Origin: Malacoraja senta
Taxonomy: Eukaryota
NCBI GenBank assembly: GCA_038087875.1
Contig: CM075988.1
Span: forward strand, 19,594,001-19,658,000
Length of the DNA: 64,000 bases
Direction of reading: 5' to 3'
The translations under genes and the position numbers were made by a program. Shown piece by piece: positions 36,090 through 47,730 of this stretch (its first letter is position 1; each line of letters begins with the position of its first letter). Below the pieces are notes generated by a model. The model searched no databases, had not been told where the DNA came from, and saw nothing but the letters and a program-made list of their open reading frames with translations.

Positions 36090-36375
36090 AGAGAGATAGA
36101 GTCAAGGGGTCATCAAGTCTGGAAGCAGGCCATTCGGCCCAGCTTTCCCACACCGATCAACATGTTCCATCTACACTAGTCCCACTTGCCTGCTTTTAGC
36201 CCATATCCCTCCAAACCTGTCCTATCCATGTACGTGTCTAATTGCTTCTTAAATGCTGACTCAACTACCTCCTCTGGCAGCTCGTTCCATACACCCACCA
36301 CCCTTTGTGTGAAAAGGTTACCCCTCAGGTTCCTAGAAAATATTTCCTCCTTCACCTTAAACACATGCCCTCTCG
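36090..36375 (-). mobile_element. CR1 LINE 3' fragment
   Basis: RGHVFKVK...FTQRVVGVWNELPEEVVE...GLEGYG. Confidence 0.85.
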
Positions 36376-36727
36376 TGTGTATCTTCTTCCCGATGATAGT
36401 AATGAAATGAGAACGTGGCCAGGGTGGGAGTAATCCTGACATTATTATCTTTGCTGTCCTAGTTTTCAGAAGGGCCATCATCAAGCATCATCTTGGGCCA
36501 CCCAAAGCATCATCTGTCCATTTCCTGCTGCCTGCCCAACTGAGTTCCTCCAGCACTTTGTCTCATTGCACATGGGCCTTTCTTTATTCTCAACAAGCCC
36601 CACACATGATCCAAGGGCATTTTAATCTCTCCTTATCTCGGTTCCTTCTGTGCATAAACTCTCCGAGGCTCTGTTCCTACTCCTTGAGGTCATTCCTCCA
36701 ATTTGGTGTTGTTTCTTCGGAGAGTTT

Positions 36728-37012
36728 TAATTTTAGATACAGTGCGGAAGCAGGCCCTTCGACCCACCGAGTCCGTGCCGACCAGCAATCCCCACGCATT
36801 AACACTATCCCACGCACATTAGATACAATTTACAATTATCCTACAAACCTGTGCATCTTTGGAGTGTGGGAGAAAACTGGAGATCCCGGAAAAAACCCAT
36901 GCGAGCGACAGAAAAAATGTACAAACTCCATACAGACAGCACCCGTAGTCAGGATCGATCCCGGGTCTCTGGCGCTGTAAGGCAGCAAACTCTACCGCTG
37001 CGCCACCATGCC
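36728..37012 (-). mobile_element. V-SINE
   Basis: A/B boxes, V-core and tail on the minus strand. Confidence 0.85.
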
Positions 37013-37481
37013 TATGATTCTACTCTTTCGCGCAAATATTCCTTACATTGGGCAAAATATAGTTGAAACTATCATTGGTAATAATGGTTACTAATATGGT
37101 AGAATTCATTCATTCTTCATGAATTTTCCTTAGAATTCACATTTGTATTTTACTTGGTTTGAATAATTTTCCTTGGCATTAAATGTTTTTGATACTGATC
37201 ACCACTAACTGTTTTACAGCCCATAATCCCAATGTTCCCTGCTCCAGAAAACTAGGCTAAGATGCTTATTAGTGTAATTGGCACTCCTCGCTTTCCAAAA
37301 CAGCAGACTCATTTATCTTTTGATGGCCCTCGCCTTTCTGCTAATGTGTATCTGGAAAAGCCATTATTGCTTTTTAATGATTTTGTTAATTTTCTCTCTC
37401 AAAATATTTTATTTCATTTTTCTGGTTAGTGTTTTTAGTAGCATCTCAGCAGACATCTCCCAGTTTGTTCCCTAAGACCGT

Positions 37482-37809
37482 TCACGGTGGCGCAGCGGTA
37501 GAGTTGCTGCCTCACAGCGAATGCAGCGCTGGAGACGCGGGTTCGATCCCGACTACTGGTGCTTGTCTGTACAGAGTTTGTACGTTCTCCCCGTGACCTC
37601 CGTGGGTTTTCTCCGAGATCTTCGGTTTTCTCCCACACTCCAAAGACGTACAGGTTTGTAGGTTAATTGGCTTGGTAAATGTAAAAATTGTCCCTATTGT
37701 GTGTATAGGATAGTGTCAATGTGCGGGGATCGCTGGTCGGCTCGGATTCGGTGGGCCGAAGGGCCTGTTTCCGCGCTGTATCTCTAAACTAAACTAAACT
37801 AAACTAAAC
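37482..37809 (+). mobile_element. HE1-type V-SINE (tRNA head, V-domain, CR1 tail), well preserved
   Basis: A box TGGCGCAGCGG, B box GGTTCGATCC, V-core GTGGGTTTTCTCCG..CGGTTTTCTCCCACA, (TAAAC)n tail. Confidence 0.92.
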
Positions 37810-37827
37810 CTCAGCTCAAAGAGCTGA

Positions 37828-37950
37828 GCTGACATTGTAGTCCAATACCAAAGGAGCTCTGTCCTATTTTGAGATGCTGTCAGATGTTTAGATAAAACAT
37901 TAAACCGTCTATATCAAAGAAGAGCAGGAGTGCTGACTCTAGTGTTTTCG
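37828..37950 (+). mobile_element. Possible ancient Deu-domain SINE remnant (SacSINE1-like)
   Basis: GCTGACA..GGAG..CTG..GATGCTGTC..ACATTAAACCG..GAAGAGCAGGAG resembles the remembered Deu-SINE consensus. Not aligned computationally. Confidence 0.35.
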
Positions 37951-38238
37951 AGAGCTGAGGGACATTTGTTCGTGGGTCGAGCCGGTTGAGGGCGATGGAA
38001 GAGGCCCTACAACAGCCTGGGGCTTAGTAGGATCAGGGGCGCTCCAGTGCATTGAGCATACGGACTTTGCACTTGGTCTTTTTGTAAATGGCACCAAAAT
38101 ATGGCGACTGTGTATGTGTGAGCTCTGTTAAAAGAATTTCACTGTGCAGTGGATATGTGGCAATAAAGAACCATTGAACCATTTTAACCAACAGAGTACA
38201 GAATGGTCAATGTGTAGAAGCAAAGAACTGCAGATGCT

Positions 38239-38492
38239 GAGGAGGAATTTCCTTAGTCAGAGGGTGGTGAATCTGCGGAATTCTTTGTCATAGAGGGCTG
38301 TGGAGGCAAAGTCAGTGGATATATTTAAGGCAGAGATAGATAGATTCTTGATTAGTACGGGTGTCAGAGGTTATGGGCTGAAGGCAGGAGGATGGGGTTA
38401 GGAGGGAGAGATGGATCAGCCATGAATGAATGGCGTAGACTTGAGAGGCTGAATGGCCTAATTCTGCTCCTATCACATGTTCTTATGATCTT
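38239..38492 (+). mobile_element. CR1 3' fragment inserted in a Penelope-derived element
   Basis: CR1 ORF end plus tail, with ATGCT repeated at both junctions. Confidence 0.8.
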
Positions 38493-38608
38493 ATGCTAGT
38501 TTATACCAAAGATAAACACAAAGTGGTGGAGTAACTCAGCAGGTCAGACAGCATCTCCAGAGAAAAAGCATAGTCTCCAGCTCTTCAACACCCCCACCCC
38601 CAACCTTC

Positions 38609-38642
38609 AGTCTGAAGAAGAGTCCCGACCCGAAACGTCACT
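38609..38642 (+). ncRNA. Minimal type-I hammerhead ribozyme motif in a Penelope-derived element
   Basis: AGT-CTGAAGA-A-GAGTCCCGACCC-GAAA-CG-TC-ACT: CUGANGA and GAAA boxes, stem II with one mismatch, palindromic ACGT stem III, GUC site, 3-bp stem I. Confidence 0.6.
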
Positions 38643-39737
38643 AGTCCTTTTTCTCCGGAGATGCTGCCTGACCTGCTGAGTTACTCCACCATTTTGTGTC
38701 TATCTACAGACACTACCTACTAATGGGCTTCAGTTCAATGGGATTACTGGCTCCCAACAGTGTGATGTCAGCAAACTGCAAAGATCAAATTGCATTTTAG
38801 AGACTTTTGGATAGACACATGGATATACAGGAAATGGACAGACAGGGATTATGTGCAGGCAGGTAAGAGTGGGTCTTGGCATTATGTTCCATACAGACAT
38901 TGTGGACCGAAGGGCCAGTTCCTATGCTGTACCGTTCTGTGTTCTAAATCAAAAAGCAAAATGAATATTTGTTTTAAACTGAGTAAGGTTAGAAGTAAAG
39001 ATTTGAATGCACAAGTATGACTAAAAGTAGAACTTGAAATGTCCTAAGTAAACATTTTAATTTTAATTCTGAAATCCCTTATATATTTAAATATTTATCT
39101 GAGTGAATTACAGTCCATTGATTTAAAGTCAACTTTTTAGAACGGGCTTTCGAGGAGTAATTGCTGTTTGGTACTTTATTAAAAACTCACTTAGATCTTT
39201 TGCAATCAATCATAAGATATTCAGGACACTTTACAGAGGCTAAGCTTGTAAATAACTGACATTCTGAACAATTCAAGAGGTTTCTCTTAATTCATTTCTG
39301 AAAGGTTGCAAACTGCACAGACTGCAGAGTTTGGTTTATTGCAATTATTATTGTCACCTGTACCTAGAAGTGAGCGAAACACTTTAGAATGCAGACACAA
39401 GGATTTGCACAAGCTGGAATCTAGCGTAAATCAGGGTAGACGAGGTTTGAAAGGAGAATGAAATATAAAACCAGAGGAAGGAGTAAAGTTAGTGAAAATG
39501 TTTTTGTTTGTGTACTATCCAACCAAATCAAATCAGACTACATGAGTCCCAATGAAGCTATACACAAGTACGCCAGGAGGTGCAAAGAGTAAAATACCAG
39601 AGGGCAAAATATAGTGTTACAGCATTGTAGCATTGCAGCAACAGAGGCAATGTCTAAGGTTCATAAAGGGGTAGGTTGGAAGTTCAGGATTACACCTACA
39701 GGTAGTTTATGGGAGGACCATTCAGTAGTTTAATAAC

Positions 39738-40146
39738 CAAAGATCCTATAGTGGAGCAAGATAGACCACTCCTGCTAAATGCAATGGGCTGACGTGTAGT
39801 ACGCAATGGAGTGGAACGTGGGCCTTTTTTTCATCCATTTCAGTAACCGGACCCGACCCGACCCGACTCGCAGTGTAATCAACATTGCGGGGGAACAGTT
39901 TGTGTTAATAAATTATAATTCTGAAAATGAGGAGAAGATTTTTACCAAAGAACTTTTATTTTTACGAGAATGTTTCCGTAACCGGCTTCCGTCTCCGCAC
40001 TAGTTTCTTTGCTCCGCTATGGGATCTTTGGTGCGGAGACGTAAGCCGGTTAAGGAAATGGGGCCGAAAATTACCCATGAATCCGCCCATGACCGTACTA
40101 CGTCTTTTTCGTCAAGTGGGCTATCTTGCTTGCTATAGGATCTTTG
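39738..40146. mobile_element. 409-bp MITE with P-element-like termini
   Basis: TIRs CAAAGATCCTATAG.. / ..CTATAGGATCTTTG (about 32 bp, imperfect). 8-bp TSD TTAATAAC/CTAATAAC. Splits a REX1 3' fragment. Confidence 0.8.
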
Positions 40147-41079
40147 CTAATAACAGCAGGGAAGAAGCTGTTTCTGAATTTGGTGGTACGTGCTGTCAAG
40201 CTCTTATATCTTCTGCCTGATTGGAAAGGAGAGAAGAGGGAATGGCCAGGGGGAAAAGGGAATTTGCAGAGAGAAGCCAAAATATTTTAACCACAAAGTC
40301 AATAACTAATTATTACTGAATAGTTTATGGTGAAGAGTGGTGCTATTAACAATAGAAATTTACTCATTGCTATTCTGGAATATATTACAGGCGTAACTAT
40401 TGATCCACTAAACCTGAATCACTTAAATTCCATGTCTTCATTTACTTTTCTTCATCAAGTGCAGGGCTGGGCAGGTAGACAACTATTCCGCTGCCCATAT
40501 GAAGGATTAGGAGATTAGCGTGTGCTTCTGCTGAAGTAGAAACAAGGAACTGTTAATGCCGGTTTGCAAAAAAAGACACAAGGTGCTGGAGTACCTCATC
40601 AGTTTAGGCAGCATCTCTGGAGAACATTGATAGATGGCGTTTCGGGTCGGGACGCTTCTTCAGACCAGGCTGGATTAGTGTTTGGGTGTATGTTTAGATT
40701 TATTATTGTTGTGTGTCAACTGAGGGAGAGTGAAAAGCACTGTTTTGCATTCAATCCAAACAGATCAGATAATACTATATATATAAATACAATCAAGACA
40801 AGCTCAGGTACATTAGGTAAAAGAGATTTAAAAGAGTAGTGCAATTGGATCAGATGATAATGGATCCTCCCTGGGTCCAACACGCAAAGAGTCACCACAA
40901 TCTTATGTGGAGATTGAGAAAAAAATAAGGGACATTGACAAAATTGTTTGTTTGTATTTCTTCCTCACTTACCGCAGTAACACATGAAAGGTTAACTATT
41001 CCACTCTCTGCAAGATTTTTCCAGCATTTTCAGTTTTTATTTCAGAGTACCAACATCTGTGTTATTTTTCTTTTAATTT

Positions 41080-41392
41080 TTAGTTTAGTTCAGAGATACA
41101 GCGTGGGAACAGGCCCTTCGGCCCACCGAGTCCATGCCGTCCAGTGACCCCCCCACACATTAACACTATGCTACACAAACTAGGGACAATTTACACATAC
41201 TCCAAGCCAATTAGCCTACTTGCCTTTACGTCTTTGGAGTGTGGGAGGAAACCAAAGATCTCGAACAAAACACACGCGGGTCATGGGGAGAACGTACAAA
41301 CTCCGTACAGACAGCACTCGTTGTCGGGTTCGAACCCGGGTCTCCGGCGCTATAAGTGCTGTAAGGCAGCAACTCTACCGCTGCGCCACCTT
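41080..41392 (-). mobile_element. V-SINE
   Basis: A/B boxes, V-core and tail on the minus strand. Confidence 0.87.
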
Positions 41393-41688
41393 GCTGCCTG
41401 TTACAACTGTTGATCTGTGGAGGTGATCACACCAGAATGTCCCAGTCCAGGTCATTGCAGGGGTGGCATTTTAAAAAGGATGGGAAAGGTTAAATCAAAT
41501 TGGAACCACAGCAATATAAGGGACTTCAATTAGGGCAGTGGGATAAGGGCTAAGGTGAAGCACAAGCTGGTCGAGCCACTGCCTCACAGCACCAGAGATC
41601 CGGGTTTGATCCTGACCTCGGGTGCTATCTGTGTGGAGTTTGCATGTTCTACCTGTGACGATGTGGGTTTCCTCAGGGTGTACATTTC

Positions 41689-42935
41689 GACTTACACTTG
41701 GACTTAGATTCCTTTATTGTCATCAGGAGGAGGAGCCGCCATCTTGGAGGAACGCCTGCTAAACAGCAGCCGTCCGTCAAATTCACTTTTTCTTTAGTTT
41801 TAGCGTTTTTTATTTCTTTGTTTGTTTGGGGGATTTTGACTTTTAATGTGTGGGGGTAAGGGGGAAACTATTTCTGGGTCCCTACCTGGTCGGTGAGGCA
41901 GCTTTTTCTCCAGGCTGCCTCGTCGACCCGTCCTCGTGGCCAACCAGCGGGCATGGAGCGCCGTTTCCTGACGGGGACCGTCCAGCACCTTCAGCTTCGG
42001 TGGCGGCACAGCGCTGGAGCGCTATCGTGGAGCGTAGCGGGCGATGCCTTGCCTGGGTCGCCGCGCTGGAGCTCCAGTATGCGGTGACCGCCGAGATCAA
42101 CACCTCCGGGCTGCGGGACTGCGGAGCGACCAGCCGCGGGCGGCGGCGGCGCCGACTCCATCATCGGGAGCCTCATGGCTCCAAATCGGCGCGGCCCTGT
42201 CGGCTTCAGGTGCCATCGACTCCGCTGGGAAACCGGCTGTTCCAGCCGCTGTGAGGACTCTCCCGACAGCCAGGAACATCGGGCCTCCATAGAGGCAACT
42301 GTGGAGGCCTCATTGGGCCTGACTCCGGGGAGAACTGGGTTGGGGACTGGACATTGTACCTTCCCCCACAGTGGTAACCATTGTGGGGGGATGATTTTTG
42401 TGTGCTGTGCCTGTTAGTCTGTGTGCAAGATGGCGGTCGGAGGGGAGAGTGGACGCTGGCGTGAATTGGTCGCCGCTGCTCTCTCCTCAAATTGTGTTTC
42501 TTATTTTCTTTTTGTGCTTTTGAAATTGAATTCTGTCCTTGATTTGTGTACTGTGGTGTTTTTATATTTAAATTATTCCGATTATGTGTTTTGTATTTTT
42601 GTGATTCTATGCATTGTAAGGTGTCCTTGGGTTTTAGAAAGGCGCCAGTAAATAAAATGAATTATTATTATTATTATTCAGACCTTTCGGTCTGAACGAA
42701 ATTTTGTTGCCTGCAGTCATACATATAATAAATAAAAAAACACACAATAAACACAAATTAACATCCACCACAGTCAGAGTTCACCAGGCACCTCCTCACT
42801 GTGATGGAGGCAAAAGTCTTAAAGTCTCTGTCTCTTCCCACTTTGTTCTCCCTCTGCGCTGAGGCGATCCAGGCTTCTGACGTTGTGACCCCGCCGGGTG
42901 ATGGTAAGTCAGTCCCGCGGCTGAATTTTTAGCCG
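41689..42935 (-). mobile_element. GC-rich retroposon with a REX1-type tail (hosts 41727-42677)
   Basis: CATTTC TSD (41683-41688, 42936-42941) inside a V-SINE. Core GCCTCCATCACAGTG, hairpin plus GACAATAAA tail. Confidence 0.75.
41727..42677 (+). mobile_element. GC-rich non-autonomous retroposon with an L2-type tail
   Basis: 5' GCCGCCATCTT, CpG-rich body, tail TGTAAGGTGTCCTTGGG..GAAAGGCG..AAATAAA(ATT)n. TCAG at both junctions. Confidence 0.75.
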
Positions 42936-43383
42936 CATTTCCTCCCACATCTTAAAGTCATGGGGGTTTGTAGATTAAATAGTTGCTGCAAAATTGCCCT
43001 TAGTGTGTAAGGAGTGGACGACAAAGTGGAACAACATAGAGCTAATGTGAATGCGTGATCGAAGGTAGGCGTGGACTCTGTGGGCCGAAGAGCGTTTCCA
43101 TGCTGTTTTTTCTAAACTAGACTAAACTAGTGGAGCAGCTTCAAGGATTTAAGTGGTCGAACCCTTTCCTTTGATGTCAAGTCACTGCATTCCAAAGCCT
43201 CACAAACCAGCTGCAAACCATTGCTAACTCATCAAGTCCAGTGAGTAAGAGACTTCTGCCCAAGACCAGAAGTCCAAGGAGACTAATATCATGAGAGGCA
43301 GGAGTCACAAAGAACTGCAGATGCTGGAATCCTGAGCTAGACACAAAGTGTCAGAGAAACCTCTTCATTTATTTAACATATGC

Positions 43384-43925
43384 ACACGGTGCTGCAGCGG
43401 TAGAGTTGCTGCCTTACAGCGCCAGAGACCCGGGTTCGATCCTGACTACGGGTGCTGTCTGTACAGAGTTTGTACGTTCTCCCCGTGACCTGCGTGGGTT
43501 TTCTCCGGTGTTCCGGTTTCTTCCCACACCAAAGACATACAGGTTTGCAGGTCACTGTTTAAGAATAAGGAGTAAACTATTTAGAACGGAGACGAGGAAA
43601 CACTTTTACTCACAGAGAGTGGTGAATCTGTGGAATTCTCTGCCTCAGAGGGCGGTGGAGGCAGGTTCTCTGGATGCTTTCAAGAGAGAGCCAGATAGGG
43701 CTCTTAAAAATAGCGGAGTCAGGGGATATGGGGAGAAGGCAGGAACGGGGTACTGATTGGGGATAATCAGCCATGATCACATTGAATGTCTATTAATTGG
43801 CTTGGGTAAAATTGTAAAAAATGCCCCTAGTGTGTGTAGGATGGTGCTAATGTACACGGATCGTTGGTCGGCGTGGACAGTGGAACGAAGGGCCTGTTTC
43901 CACACTGTATCTCTAAACTATTTCT
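43384..43925 (+). mobile_element. V-SINE interrupted by a CR1 fragment
   Basis: Head and V-core at 43384-43552. Resumes TTAATTGGCTTGG at ~43793. Confidence 0.87.
43551..43790 (+). mobile_element. Tail-less CR1 fragment inside a V-SINE
   Basis: GHCLRIRSKLFRTETRKHFYSQRVVNLWNSLP...GYGEKAGTGY*. It stops before the CR1 tail. Confidence 0.85.
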
Positions 43926-44214
43926 AAAGTACATGCACTAACTATGCCACTCATAATGTTATCATAGTTTTCTCCGATGCTTGGAGGAACAGCTTTATCC
44001 AACCTCTCCTTACTGCTCATCCTCTCAGATGACCATTATGAAGTCTTCCAGCAGCACAGAAGGAGGGAGATTAAACAGTGGAAAGCAACTGACCGTCAGC
44101 CCATTAGTTTGATTATCTGGACAGTTCTTAATCCATTCGCCTCCCTTTAGTCCTTTCCTTTATATATTACAGTGAACTTTCTGGTGTTGACTGTTCAACT
44201 AGTTCCAGATATAA

Positions 44215-44652
44215 CTCGTACGTCATCCTTATACAAGACAGTGGTGAGGGCACATTAAGAGTATTGTTTTTGGTCACTCTGTTATAGGGAAGATGTTGAA
44301 AGTGTGCAGATAAGAATTATTGGGATGTTGCCAGGACTCAAGGCCCTGAGCTGTAGGGAGAGGTTGTGCTGACTAGGACTCTATTCCTTACTGCAGGAGA
44401 ATGAAGGGCGATCTAAGTGAGGTGTATAAGATCATGACAAGAATATATAGGGTGAATGCACAGAAACGCCAGATGAGGTAGTTGAGGCATGTGCTATCAC
44501 AACATTTAAGAAACATTTACCCAGGTACATGGACAGGTACAGGTCTCTGGTACTATGAGATTTAGATGGATATGTGCCAAATGCCATCAGGTGGGACTAG
44601 TCTAAATGGAGCATATTGGCCTGTTTCCATGCTGTATAACTCTATGACTCTA
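44215..44652 (+). mobile_element. CR1 LINE 3' fragment (internally deleted)
   Basis: TATACAAGACAGTGGTGAG, GAATGAAGGGCGATCT..GAGGTGTATAAGATCATG motifs and an ACTCTATGACTCTA tail. Confidence 0.75.
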
Positions 44653-45551
44653 ACCTTAAGCCCTCTGAACCACCACAAATATGCACCACGATAGTTTCTC
44701 TACATATTTTGTTTTTATTGCAATCTCATGGTCTAGTTTACTGAGAATAACTGATAATTTATTGTATATTTATTGTTTTGTTGTATCTAATGTGCCTGTA
44801 AAGCTGCAGCAAATAAGGATTTAATTCTTCAAAGATATTTGATACATTCGTAAACTCTCACTGTGGAAATTGTGTTTTATCCTTCACAGACTGCACCATC
44901 TGCTGGTTGATGCAGAGACTCGGTGATACCTCGGCTCCAATTAGCTGTGTGACTGTGCTGGATTGCATGACACCCAGTCACAGTTTGTTGCTCGAAACGT
45001 TTTAATATTGATGGCGTGTTATCAAGTTCCGCAACATAATTGGATGGTTTTAAAGAAACGATTGCTCGGCTTCGGATGAAGCTGTTGCATTGGTGATGGG
45101 CACCAGTGGCTCGTTTCTGTTTGATTGCTGCTGTTGACGTTTCAGCATCTTTAGTATCAAACGGCAACAAAACTGTCTGCAGCAGAATGTCAGTGCACAG
45201 CTACCATGCACGTCAGCAAACGAGATTACTCAGGCTCTGCTTTGAAAAAATATGATGGCTTATTCCTTTCTGGACTGGGTGAAGTGGCAGGTGAAAGTAT
45301 AAGGCTTTTTGAAATGCAATATGGGATCTCTAATTGCGACATGCACCAGAACAGAGCTTCTAAATTCCTGCTATTTTTGAAGACCATGGTTTATACTTGT
45401 TGCCTCCTGAAATATTCAACTCTAATAATAACATTATTTCTGCGTGCTTGCACCATTGACCCAGGCGCTTCAACCCAACTCGTCCGGACTGACCAAGTTA
45501 CCCCATCTAAGCTAGTCGTATTGTCCATGTTAAGCCTTTCCCAACTTTTCC

Positions 45552-45838
45552 CTGCCTTACAGCGCCTGAGACCCGGGTTCGATCCTAACTATGGGTGCTG
45601 TCTGTACGGAGTTTGTATGTTCTCCCCCTAACAGTGTTGATTTTCTCCTGGTGCTCCTGTTTCCTCCCGCATCCCAAAGATGTACAGGTTTGTAGGTTAA
45701 TTGGCTTCAGTAAAGATTGTAAATTGTCCCTAGTATATAGGATAGTTTCAGTGTTCAGGGGTCGCTGGTCAGCACGGATTTGGTGGGCTGAAGGGCCTGT
45801 TTCTGCATTGTATCTCTAAACTAAACTAAACTAAACTA
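45552..45838 (+). mobile_element. V-SINE (5'-clipped) inside a minus-strand CR1
   Basis: B box, V-core and (TAAAC)n tail. Confidence 0.85.
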
Positions 45839-46009
45839 TCCATGTACCTTTCCAAATCCCTTTTAAATGCCCTTATAGTACCAGCCTTAAAATACTTCCT
45901 CTGACAGCTCGTTCCATATACCCACCACACCTTGTGTGAAAAACATGGCCCTTATGTTCCTATTAAATCTTTCCCCTCTCACCTTAAACCCATGTCCTCT
46001 CATTCTTGA

Positions 46010-46205
46010 AGATAGACACAAAAAGATGGAGTAACTCAGCGGGCCACTCAGCATCTCTGGAAGAAAGGAAGAGGTGACATTTAGGGTCAAGACCCTTCGT
46101 CACCTATTCCTTTTCCCCAGAGATGCTGTCTGACCCGCTGAGTTACTCCAGCTTTTTTGTGTCTATCTTTGTTTTAAACTAGCATCTGCAGTTCCTTCCT
46201 GCACA
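46010..46205. mobile_element. Penelope-derived fold-back element inside a CR1
   Basis: AAGATAGACACAAAAAGATGGAGTAACTCAGCGGG paired with CCCGCTGAGTTACTCCAGCTTTTTTGTGTCTATCTT. Confidence 0.75.
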
Positions 46206-46789
46206 ACTCCTCCCGTTCTTGATTCCCCTACCCTGGAAAAAAATAAATTTGCACGGTCTTTGAACGGTATAATTTCACTGTCCTGTGGAGTGCATGGAGC
46301 AACGGCTGGAATAAAACCGTGAATAACTTCTCTTTATCATTTAAATGCAATGAGTTCAGTGCTCACGATGTGGTCTCCTCTTCAAAGGAGAGATCAAACT
46401 GTGCAAAACACCAAAACATCTCTGCCTGGTCCACAATGGAAACCCTGAGCTTCTCAGTGCCTGTATCTTTAATTCTCAACCTCACTCCTTTCCCTCTACC
46501 TCCTGCACCGTTCAAATGAATCCCAACACAAACTCAGAGAACGTAACTTCATCTACCACCTGGGTGCGTTGCAGATTTCAGGGCCAAATATTCATTTGTT
46601 TTCATCGTAGAAAACAATCCAAGTTTGTCCAAACTCTCGTTATAGCTAAAACCACCTCTCCATGTAGCTAGAAATTAAGAACTCACACTGGTTGTGGAAT
46701 CTGGACTGTGAAAATGGCATGGCCACTTTCCTTGAGTGCCTGTAACAGGCCTGAACACATGGTATAGGCATTCTGTCACGTTAATCACT

Positions 46790-47730
46790 CTGCATACAGC
46801 ATGGAAACAGTCCATTCAGCTCAATTTGTCCATGCCAGCCAAGATGCCCATTCGAAGCTCGTTCATTTGTCCTTGTTTGACCCATGTATCTTGAATCCAG
46901 GTCCAAATGACTTTAAAATTTTGCTGTTGTATCTGACTCAACTATTTCCTCCGGAAGCTCATTGCATTTATCCACCCCCCTTAGTGCGAAAAACTTGTTC
47001 CTCAGGTCCCTATTAAATCTTTCCCCCTCACTTGTGGCTTCCTGTACTTGATTTTCCTATTCTGGGAGAAATACTATGCACATTCACCTTCTCCAGGTCC
47101 CTCATGATTCCATGCACCCTTTATGGTTATCCTCAGTCTCCTGCACTCTATGGAAAAAAATCATAGTCGGCCCAACTCCTCCTTGAGTCCTGGCCACATT
47201 CTAGTAAATCGTTGATACACTCTTAAACTTAATGCCATCTTTCCTACAGCAGGTTGACCAAAAACCGAAAAGATATTCTATGTGCAACATCACTAACATT
47301 TTGCACAACCATATCATAAAACCCCAGAAGTCTGAAGCGGGATTCTGACCCGAAACGTCACCTATCCATGTTCTCCAGAGATCCTATAATAGACACAAAA
47401 TGCTGGAGTAACTCAGCGGGACAGGCAGCATCTCTGGAGAGAAGTAATGGGTGATGTTTCAAGTTGAGACCCTTCTTCAGACTGAAAGTCATGGGAAAGG
47501 GAAACGAGAGATAGAGATGATGATGTAAGAGCGATATAGACCAAATGAATGAAAGGTATGCAAAAAAGTAACAATGATAAACGAAACAGGTCATTAGATC
47601 TTGAGATCCTGTCTGACCTGCTGAGTTATTCCAGAACTTTGTCGTCCTTCTGTCCCAACTTCTACCCTCAGTTCTCTGATTAATGAAGGTCAGCATGCCA
47701 AAAGCCTTCTTCACCATCCTATCTACCTGT
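46790..47730 (-). mobile_element. Degraded CR1 3' region interrupted by Penelope fragments
   Basis: VKKAFGMLTFI motif, CR1 3' UTR and tail. Confidence 0.75.
47328..47648. mobile_element. Two nested Penelope pLTR fragments inside a CR1
   Basis: Plus-strand core CTGAAGCGGGATTCTGACCCGAAACGTC and minus-strand core at ~47450-47485. AGAGATCCT / TGAGATCCT flank the inner piece. Confidence 0.65.

Larger units (their letters stand above)
41545..43130 (+). mobile_element. V-SINE split by nested retroposons
   Basis: Head and first half of the V-core at 41545-41688. Remainder at 42936-43130. Confidence 0.8.

Noticed and set aside
37482..37560. tRNA genes at A/B-box motifs (here and in other copies)
   Set aside because: Each continues into the V-domain and CR1 tail, so they are SINE heads.
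41800..42490. Cluster of overlapping ORFs or CpG-island gene start
   Set aside because: It lies within a TSD-bounded GC-rich retroposon. ORFs in many frames reflect GC content and show no recognisable domain.
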